Below are positions 36,776 to 46,714 of a DNA stretch of 64,000 nucleotides, piece by piece. The translations under genes were made by a program, and so were the position numbers. The notes below the pieces were generated by a model, which ran no database searches, had not been told where the DNA came from, and saw only the letters and a program-made list of their open reading frames with translations. The stretch comes from Tubulanus polymorphus (lineage: Eukaryota > Animalia > Nemertea), in NCBI RefSeq assembly GCF_964204645.1, contig NC_134025.1:2604001-2668000 (forward strand), read 5' to 3'. Each line of letters opens with the position of its first letter. The stretch's first letter is position 1.

Positions 36776-37461
36776 TGTCCGCCGCAAATGCATCAATCTA
36801 GATCACAGACTTTCGCTAAAACACCGAATGAAAACGGAGAAAACTTGCACATTTCCTAGAGATAACTATTCCGAGATTTCCAAGTTTTGACAGCTCAAAA
36901 AATCAACCGCAGCGCCGTCTAGGAAAAACAGGAAATGGGAAAAATCCGGATATGGATCGACCATCCTCATCCGAGTTTTTAGGATATCCAACATGTCCAC
37001 ACAAAGTGTGGATTAAAAAATCGGGTACGAATTTCTGTAAAATAAAATCATTTGAAATGAGATTTTATTTTACCCGTTTATGTAATAGACTGAGTTTATT
37101 CCTTTAGGTTTTATATACTGCTGTCTTGATACATGTTTTTATTGTAAAATGTTTTTTCTTGAAGAAGAAAAAACAGTTTTCAGTCACATTAAGTCATCAT
37201 GTACGTAGTCTGTGCATAATCCGTACATGTCAAACTAAGTGACACCATCATTAATAAGCCTTGCATTGCGTGACATGCTTGAGTCATGACTCAAAATATT
37301 TTTTTTAATGTGTTTACAGGTTTGGAACAATGATTTAGAGGATCAGTTTTGAGCGGGCAAAGAATTTTTTTTACAAGACGAGCGATGTTTGATTGATTGT
37401 TAACGTCTTGAACTGCTGCCTCTATCTTCCTCGCTGCTGTCACTCACTGAAAACTGTAAAC
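36776..37461. promoter_or_regulatory. Compact divergent promoter between KIF25 and BRF1
   Basis: ATGs only ~690 bp apart and pointing outward; CTCF-like GCAGCGCCGTCTAGG (~36908); plus-strand acceptor at ~37319 suggests a BRF1 5'UTR intron. Confidence 0.6.
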
Positions 37462-40400
37462 ATGTCTAGTACAGTGTGTTCTCATTGTAATAGCAGTGAT
37501 ATTGATATCGATCCAGCCCGCGGAGATGCGGTAAATATATATATATTAACGTGAAAGTTTCCTGGGGTGTTCGGATAATTACGGTCGGATAATTCCCCAC
37601 ATTTATTATGCCCCCTCCCACAATTCCTGCCAAATTAATCGGATATTCTTGGCTCCTGTTACTCGGATAGAAAAATGTCCTCATAAAGGTTCCTGTACAG
37701 TGGCAATTTCCATGTGGCGAGTTGTCAATTCTTGGGTGAAATATTAAACGTTATTTCGGGATAACAGGACCATGAATAGCGGGGAGCTGTTGCCCTTCCC
37801 TCTGAAATTTTTGCTAATATTGTTGTTTTGTCCTATAAAAATTCATTGTAGAATCCTTCGCTTGGGACTGACCAAAAGTAAAAAAGGGCCTAACAGTTTT
37901 TGTTAGGGTGTATTAGAAGAATCGTTTTAACATTCAAATGCTAGGTCCGGCCTTGTGGATAATGCAGCAATATTTCACTGTTGTCATCATCGTTGGATTT
38001 TGTATGATTTAAGGTTTGTACTAATTGCGGTTCCGTGTTAGAAGATCAGATTATTGTATCCGAAGTTCAATTTGCCGAAAATGCTTTGGGAGGAGCTTCG
38101 GTCATTGGACAATACGTTCCGAACGAAGGTCAGTATTGCGTAACTAAAACCAGCGACTCTTTACTTTTCTAAAGACGATGTGAAAAAGATATAAAAATTC
38201 TACTATACACTGATACAATGTGATTTATAAGATGATTTTCTAATCGAAAGGCGCTAAAAGCCACAGTTTAGGAACTGGTTTCCATCACGGTTTCGGAAAA
38301 GAGTCGAGAGCTATCACGTTGCAGAACGGCAAAAGGAAAATACAAACGCTCGGAGGTCAATTGAAGTTGAACCAGCATTGTATCGATACGGCGTATAACT
38401 TCTTTAAAATGGCTGTCGGCAAACATTTAACTCGCGGTCGTAAAACTACTCACGTTACGGCTGCTTGTTTGTATCTAGTTTGTCGAACTGAAGGCACTCC
38501 ACGTATCCTTGAAATATCAATAAATACTCCGCAGTCAACAGTGGCAATTGAGGAGTCCGCTTGTTTGCTCAGTTTGTTGTCATTTCCTTCATGTTCTCTA
38601 TAGATATGTTGCTAGATTTCAGTGATATTCTTCAAGTAAGTTCCTCATTATTTTCTCAATGCCGAGTAAGTTTTTTAATCAATGCTGAACTTAACGAAAT
38701 ATTTTTTGTTTGAAGGTGAATGTGTACAGTTTGGGTCGAACTTACCTACAACTATCCCGTGAACTATGTATCAATATTCCGGCTATGGGTAAGTCAGAAT
38801 TATTCTCTTTTATAAACTGTTACGAGAACCAACTATCTGTCTGTCTGTCAGTTAGGGCTTGGAGTAATCATTGTCAAATGATAACTCCAAGGTTAGCGTT
38901 AGGTGAACTTAGTTTTAGACTTAATCATTACCGGTAAGATTTTATAATCGGATGGGCTTAAACCCATTGATTTTGAGGTTTGTGAAACTTAACCACAGAC
39001 ATGCACTGACTAAGTAATGTGAACTCAACTGGGCTTTGATGTGTCCAAAAAAGGTGTCATCATCTAGTTGAATATCTTGTACTAAATGAATCAGAATGAA
39101 AATACAAATTTGAAAAAGGATTGTAAGGTCTTTCATAATACATTTATTAACATCACGAGGTATCAACCAATGTACAATTTGCTGCAAATAACAATATTAA
39201 GTAACCTAACTACATTTATATTACATTGAAATGAATTTGTTCTGAACATGATTTCAAGCATTAGTCGTGCCAGTGTTCTCCATAACGGGTTTTAGAAGGG
39301 CAACCACTCAGTGTCATCTTTACCCAGTTCAAACACCTGGTGCCTTTCTAGTTGAAGACAATATTTACAAGGATAATTACTTCTTTAAAAGTAATGGGTT
39401 TATTTCACTCTAAAGATTGCACCACAATTAAGCTTCATTTTCAATATATTCTGGTAAAAACCCTAAACCCGCGACGAAAAGCTTAGCATTATTTCAGCCT
39501 CCACAAAAATGATCATGAAATGAGACTGGTCATAGGCAATAGGAACCCTACTAAAGAATGAATGTAAGGCCTCTAAAATCCCAGCATATCGAGAACACTG
39601 AATACTAATTAAAAGTTAAATCTCTACTCAAACTGGATTTATTTCGGTCAACAATAGAAAATCAGTTCCGGTATTTGTCCACCTTGTACTCCGGTACCGT
39701 TAGTACTATCCGACGAACACTGAAACTGAAACGTGACTTTTCCGCAAGTCACTTCGGCCATACCTTCCTGACCGAAGTAACTCAACTCAGCACCGTCTAA
39801 AATAGCGCTCGCCGTATAGAAAACATCGGGTTCGATTTGAATAGGATTATCGAATAGAACTTTAAATGTGTTACTCGAACCGTCGGAGAAAAATTTCGTA
39901 TTTCTCGATCCGAGAATGTGTCCGTTCCGTTTGAGTTCGAGTTTCACGGAATATTCGGCGGCGCCGTTACTCGAACCGTACAATCCGTATCCGGCTACGA
40001 ATATTCGCTTATCGACTAGAAACTGAATACTATCGCATCGGCCTCGGTATCGCCATTGATTACTGCGATACGCCGACGATTGAAATCTATGAGTACGTTG
40101 AGGAGGTAGACCTCCTCTCTGTTTAACGGGAAACGGTAACGCCGGTTTTACCGATGCGGTGAAATGTAAGAATATCTCGTTCGTTTCTTGTAATGTTAGT
40201 ATGTCGGATTGAGCGGGTCCGTTCGCGAACTCTTCCAACTCCATCGTCGGCAAACGTATCAAATACAAGCTGCGACCGAGAACTTTTCGCAGATTCGTCG
40301 GATTCGTTTCGATTCCCCGTCTTAAACATTCTACTTCCGACCATCGATACGCCGCGTTGAACAGCGATATTTCCTTCGCGTTCAACGTCTCGCGCGCTAA

Positions 40401-43400
40401 AACGGTTTCGAGCGTTTTATAGTCGATGTCGACGAAGCCGTCCGATCCTAAAGCTTCCTCGGCCTGCGCGTCGATCACTTCCCAACAACGTAACATCAAC
40501 TCGTTCTCTTCGAACAAACAACTCTGACTGAGAAGAACGCAAGCGTTTTTCGCGCTGAGACTTGTTTCCAGGTATTTGACGCACGCTTGAGCCATGTGAG
40601 GTACGATGTACTTCTTTGCGGCGTATAGTGTTGTCAGTACAGTGTCTGGCTCTAGTTCTATTTCATCTGTATACATGTACCTGAAATTATTGCATACAAT
40701 AGTCAATAATTCGTCTGGGGTTAGTTAGACCAGTCTTAGAACGTAGCTAATCTAAAAACCCGTCTTAAGATTTAGGATCACATTTGAACTTGTGTGCAAT
40801 GCAGCCATAATCGAGACTTGAGTCCAAAAGTGGTCTTAAGCCTTAAGACTGATCTAAGAATGTTAGATTGGCTATAGAACTAAGGTATAAAGTCTAAGCC
40901 ATGACTTATGCAACCGACCTCGAGGAATGGTTTCACAATGGAATTACGAAGCAGTTTTCCGAACATACGTAGTTAGTTACCTAAGAAGGTTCAAGAAAGC
41001 CGTAGGTTCCACATCTGGTATTGATATCGCGGAGGTTGTATTGCTAGATAAATCACCATATAACATCGCGTAGAACACAGAACTAGCAGTGGCTAGTACG
41101 TATTTATGAGCTGGTATCCGTCGACAGTCTGGTGGTTGCCCGACTAAGAAATGAATATCTGCCATCAATTCATTATTCAACATCGAAGCATTACGATCTC
41201 TAACAGTGCAAGTACTTGCTTGCCAGTTGTGTTCATTCGTATTCGGTCGTTGATTCGATCTTTTTTGCGGGCTGTACGTAGTTGTGTTAATTACCTCTTG
41301 GTTTCCTTCCTCGTCCGAGTTAAAAGAATTATCTGAAATGGAATTTTTTTTTCTATCCGAATATATGTCACGAAACTATGATTATCTAGCTGATTATCAT
41401 TAGATAGATATAGATTACTCATATACTGTGGGAGTCATACACAGTTTATATACAGTATGATTGTTAGTGAATGAATGAAATAGTTACAATACATGTAGTT
41501 CAAGAATTGAATAATATGATAGTAATAGAACATACCTAACTGATCGGCTGTGAAAGGTTTACGTGTTTGATTCGAGTCTGTATTACAGAATTTAGTATGC
41601 TTGGATGCCATATTGTTATTATTGTACAGCAATCCCACAATGCTGTTCCAGTACTGTTGAGAGAAAGACTAGACAGAAAGGTTATCAAACAGTGCTGACA
41701 TCTGTCGTGCTGAAAATGCATTATTCAGTACACTGAATTCGAATAAGAAAACTACTATAGTTAGAACAAATGTGTAATCGTTTTTATAGTAATAATGATA
41801 AGTCTTATTCTTGTATAGCTCTATTATTTTCGATATGATAAGCTATTGTCTAAGATTGTATCCAGCCAGTTCCTCTCATACGACGAAAACTGCCTTGCAA
41901 CTAGTTTTTTTCTTGGTGAAGGCATTGCAAAAATGCTTCCCTTATGGGTCCTTATATTACTGGAAAGTACTTCATCCTCAAGCAAAAAGTCCTTTTGGGT
42001 CTAAAATTGCCGTAAAAGTCAGTTATCCTGGCATCAACACTGGAAACCCTGTAGTTGTCTCCAGTTACTTTGTCGATATACGCTAAGCTTTAGAACCGGA
42101 AATTTGTGATATGATTAAACTATTATGTGTTCTAAGTTTGTCTTACTTGTTGCATTTTAGACCCGTGTCTGTACATACATCGTTTCGCGCATAAGTTAGA
42201 ATTCGGTGAGAAAACCCACGAAGTCTCGATGGTAGCTTTGAGATTGGTTTCCAGGATGAAAAGAGATTGGATTCATACCGGCCGGCGACCTTCTGGATTG
42301 TGTGGAGCCGGTAATTAAAACTACAGATACAATAATGAGATATTGTTTCATAGGCAAAAGAATGATGGAGAAAATGTATTTATGTATTTTCAGCATTACT
42401 TGTCGCAGCGAGATGGCACGGTTTTAACAGAACATTTAAAGATTTATTACGAATTGTTAAAGTGTGCGAAGCTACCTTACGCAAAAGGTAAATTCTCTAT
42501 TCATTTCTGATTTCGAGTTTTGGCATCGTTTTCCGGTATTCAGATTAGTGACGTATAAATGTTGCAGATTGAATGAATTTGAGGAGACTCCATCGTGTCA
42601 GCTCACGATGGATGAATTTCAGAGGATTGATCTCGAAGAGGAACAGGATCCACCTTCATTTACTCAGGGAAAACGAAAAGCCAAATTAATACAGGTAAGT
42701 GTCGTGTATACATCTCAATGGTCTTATTGATGTGAGAAATTGATGTTTGGGTGAAAGATTGTGAAGAAATCATGAAAATGTGTGAAAATTCGAGAAAATT
42801 ATCTTGTAAAGATATTTTTGTTCCCTTTTTGTGCCATATGGTATATTGATGTGAACATACCTAATTTCATCAATCTGACCGTTGAGAGATTCATATGACT
42901 AATAACGGTGCAGTTTAATTGTTGTTGAATATTGAATAGATGGGAGAGCATGATGAAATGGGAGAAGTCACTCAGGAAATATCTCAGATGCAAAAAGAAA
43001 TAGAAAAAGCACTGGAAGGACCACTTAAAAAGTCGAAAAAATCTAAATTAATTGATTGTAAGTATGCCATTACCTAGATACAAATTTGTTGATATGCTTC
43101 AGGCTTCAAATTGTTGAAAGCTCTAAATTCATCTTCATATCATCATCATAATCGTCTATATTTTCAGCTGCATGTGAAGATTCTCTATTAAATGAAGAAA
43201 GTATATGTAATGATGATTTAGCGCTGTCAGATGATATTTGCCAAAAAACTCAACCAAACGTTGATGAATTATCGGTTACCACTGATGATCTAATTCCAAA
43301 TACAAGTGAACAATTAGCGATTGTTTCTGAATCAAGCGCCGGACAATCTAGTCAAAATTCAACCGCTTCATCGAGTGTCAAATTCGTGCCTTCGGTCCCG

Positions 43401-45730
43401 AAACTTATCGAGGACGTACTCGACGATCGCGATGAAGAAATCAGAAAATTGGAACAAACCGAAATGGATAATATCATAAAATGCGGGAAACCGTTGTGGG
43501 AGAATGTGGCTGATGGTAACTCGGAGGATATCGGGCCTCGTCCTAGTGCCGCTAGTTTAGGATTAACAGAATCTATAGAACAGTGTATGACTGTATCTAA
43601 TCTGGAAGGTGAAAAGTTAACGTCGTCCTTCATGTGCCGTGCGACTGTGGAAAATTTCAGCTAATGTTTTGGTTGTGTTTATATTCAGAGAGTTGTGAAG
43701 AGGGTGGTGAACTAAGTCTTGAAGGAATATCTGATGATGAAATAGACAGAGTAAGTCACAACTATTATCTGCTGTATTATTTGTGGGAGAAACAACTAAA
43801 CGTAACCCGTTTCACGTACCGGTATTACTTTCAGCTGTATATTCTAAGCCCTCCTGAGGTAAAGATTAAAACTGAAGTTTGGATGACTCTGAATGCGGAC
43901 TATTTACGTGAACAGAAAGGTCAGTTTAATTAGCCTTCTATATCAGACTTGTATTAGTTGTCTTCTATCTAAGCATTTCGTTTCGCATCAATTTACAGAG
44001 AAGCAGGAAAGAGAAGCCAAACTCAAAGAAGAAGGCTTACAAAAACCGGAAAAGAAGGTTTGTTATTAAGCATCCATTGTGTCGCATTTGGAATTAGCAA
44101 CATCGCTAATGTCTATTTCAACCTGACTTGAGAGCACTTCGGGTGGCCTAGCTCAGTCAGTTTTAGTAGTACATGCCTGATAAAAGTCTTATTAGAACCA
44201 GAAAAGACAGGCAGCTGACCTAAAATATCGTTTTTTAATCCACTTTAAACTGTATAGAAGGATATCCAAAGAGTCTGCATTGAGAGGGGTTCCTGAGAGA
44301 AAAGAGACTCCATGATTTGAAAGTTTAACAATATGTCTCCATGCCTACTAACTGAAGGGTTGAGGTAGGCATGGAAACATATTGTTAAACTTTCAAATCA
44401 TGGAGTCACTTCTCTTCAATTAACCCCTTTCAATGAAGACTTTTTGGATATCCTTCAATACAGTTTCAAATGGATTAAAAATGATGATTTAGGTCGACTG
44501 CCTGTCCTTTCTGGTGCTATTAAGACCTTTATCAGGTATTTACTACCAAAAATGAGCGAGCTAGGCCACCCAGAATGCTCTCAAGTCAGGTTGAAATAGA
44601 CATTAGTAGTAACGCAGTGTAGTGCACGTGTAAGCGATGTTATGATTTTTCCGTAGAAACGAAAGACGAAAAAGAAACCGATACAAGCAAACACAGCCGG
44701 AGAAGCGATAGAAATGATGTTGGCGGAGAAGAAAATATCGAGTAAAATTAACTACGACGTTTTAAAAGATTTGAATCGTTTATCGGAGAGTAAAACCGTA
44801 GCGGCATCAACTGTAATAGAGAACAACAGTATCGTCATTCCTGCCTCACCTACCCCTAATAAACTATCATTTGAAAGAAGGTAAATCATATCAGACCTAC
44901 AGGGTCCAGTTCCACAGTTCTGAGTTAAGATTTGACCCTGGGTTAAAACATTGAAAATGAACTAACTTTAACTCAGAGTTAACTCTAACTCACAACTGTG
45001 GAACTGGGTCCAGGGTTCTTACAGATCGGGGAAATTTCTCTGAACTGTAAGAACCCGAGTATTTGATCCAATGATGAATTTCCTGAATTCTTCGCATCTT
45101 ATTTTCAGATTCAAACGTACGTCTAGCATATCACATGATATTAAAGCTGAAAATATGGTAAATTACATACATAAGTAAACATTTTCAAAAAGGAATCTGT
45201 CTTACCGGGTATTTATTCTAGATATTCAATATTTTATATTTTCAGTTTGCTTCCCCTGCGAAGCAGATAAAACTCGAACCAGATGTTGTAGTTGAATCAG
45301 GTCCAATCGATCATACAAAAGAAGGTTCGTTAAGGCGATGTATGTTGTACTCTGAATCAGGAATTGAATGGATTTATTCATTTTCAAATTGTTTATTTTA
45401 GATGAAGGCGAATGCGAAGAAGATTATTACGATGAAGATGATGAACATCAGCATGTCAGCGCAGCTCAACTGATGGGCCACACAGGTCAGTTTATGAAAA
45501 GCGGGTGTTATTACTGTCTTTACATACCAAGTTGTTCTTAAGTCAGGACGCAAGCCGTCTTGTTGGAGCGCTGCGCAATAAAAACAAATGGATTATTGTT
45601 AATTATTAGTTTGATTTCACAATTCCATATATTTTCTAAAATTCTTTGATTTTCTATATCAAGTGGAATCGTTTGTTTTTCTCTTACAGAAGATGATATT
45701 GAAGCGTATGAAGAGGATGATTATTACTAA
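37462..45730 (+). CDS. BRF1: Transcription factor IIIB 90 kDa subunit
   Basis: Exons ~37462-37530, 38014-38128, 38251-38502, 38604-38635, 38716-38788, 42161-42310, 42394-42487, 42568-42693, 42939-43057, 43168-43608, 43689-43750, 43834-43919, 43999-44057, 44657-44880, 45109-45157, 45246-45324, 45402-45485, 45690-45730. Zn ribbon CSHC...[23 protein letters not shown], cyclin folds (LTRGRK...[20 protein letters not shown]; [19 protein letters not shown]), [12 protein letters not shown]-binding [23 protein letters not shown]. Confidence 0.96.
38503..38603 (+). other. U12-type (minor spliceosome) GT-AG intron in BRF1
   Basis: 5' splice site GTATCCTT; branch-like TTCCTTCAT about 12 nt upstream of TAG; removing the intron restores EGTPH|MLLDFSD. 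Confidence 0.88.
39648..41611 (-). CDS. BTBD6: BTB/POZ-BACK-PHR domain protein BTBD3/BTBD6 (lute), nested antisense in a BRF1 intron
   Basis: Exons ~41536-41611, 40981-41332, 39648-40680: NWQAS...[19 protein letters not shown]...[18 protein letters not shown] (BTB), BACK domain, and PHR domain [24 protein letters not shown]...[18 protein letters not shown]. Probably co-orthologous to vertebrate BTBD3 and BTBD6. Confidence 0.95.
40715..40920. mobile_element. Harbinger-like MITE in a BTBD3/6 intron (itself inside a BRF1 intron)
   Basis: GGGGTTAGTT...AACCGACCTC degenerate ends; internal similarity to 14937-15065. Confidence 0.5.
44106..44606. mobile_element. Foldback / long-TIR non-autonomous element in a BRF1 intron
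   Basis: Arms ~44106-44348 and ~44365-44606 are imperfect reverse complements (outer CTAATGTCTATTTCAACCTGACTTGAGAGCA / TGCTCTCAAGTCAGGTTGAAATAGACATTAG perfect), with a ~16-nt loop; no clear TSD. Confidence 0.85.
44903..45010. mobile_element. Harbinger-like MITE with CAG target duplication
   Basis: CAG|GGTCCAGTTCCACAGTT...AACTGTGGAACTGGGTC|CAG; a degenerate relative lies at ~15410-15508. Confidence 0.7.
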
Positions 45731-46381
45731 GATGCTGCGAGGTTCTATAAGGATTACAGTGCTGAGTGCAGTTGTAACAACAGTGCAATAGATCTAGAAA
45801 TAACATTCCCACATAAATTAAATGGATTCGTTTGGATATGATCTTTAATGGTATAAACACTCCTCATTAGGGTTAAGAAGTTTGACTATCAGTTGAATGA
45901 TTTTTACAAATTGAATTGTGTTTAGAATTTGTTGTTAATATTATTCATTGTAAATAAATAAAGTAGTGGCATTTGATTGTGTTTCTGTTTGTGTCTGGTG
46001 CGATAGGATCAGCACACTAGGAATTTCATTCATAACTAGAAATCTGTCGTCATTGTCTTTTTGAAAAAGGCCCTGGTTTGTGTTTACTTTTTAACAAAAG
46101 TGACAAAAAGCGCTATTTTTACTTTAATTATGGAAAAATATTTATTTGTAGCATAGATAGTAAAAAGCACACTTCTGGGCAATTTACGTGTCCTTTTTGG
46201 TCCCGTGAGATCCGAGGAAAAGTGCAAACTACAGTGTTGTTTCAGTGCTGTTTTAAGAGCCTGATAATTTTATTCGGAATCCGGCCCGCAAATCGGAAAA
46301 TTTGTCCTGTACGGTAGCTCAAAGGTTTTGGCAAGCGAGTATCACATTAGTTCACGTTTATCCCGCTATCATTATACATAA

Positions 46382-46639
46382 GGGCAGCACTAGACAGTCG
46401 ATATAGCTATTTTTAATGCGGCGGGCTAATAATGTTTTAAGCAAAGCGATCAACGCTAATGTTTTGTTAAATGAAATCTGAAGCCACTTTTTGTTTAGAA
46501 ATGATTAGAGAAGATACATGTAGGCAGTAGTGAGAGATTTGAGGACGAAGACATTGTACAATAAAAGTAGCACGGTAACAATAAAAAAATTGTATTGATA
46601 TTGTAGCGGCAGCATTTTTCTGACCGTCTAGTGCTGCCC
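46382..46639. mobile_element. MITE immediately upstream of the first coding exon of KCTD3
   Basis: TIRs GGGCAGCACTAGAC ... GTCTAGTGCTGCCC (14 bp perfect); PIF/Harbinger-like GGG terminus. Confidence 0.7.
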
Positions 46640-46714
46640 CCAGCTTGTCAAAATGACAAAATAATAGAATGCAAAATGCTGATATTTTAGTTTTTGCAGT
46701 TGGTAATCTGTGAA

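Noticed and set aside
43352-43633. Antisense ORFs over coding exons (also 4234-4464, 54778-55032, 56682-56909)
   Set aside because: Shadow ORFs opposite real exons, with no independent features.
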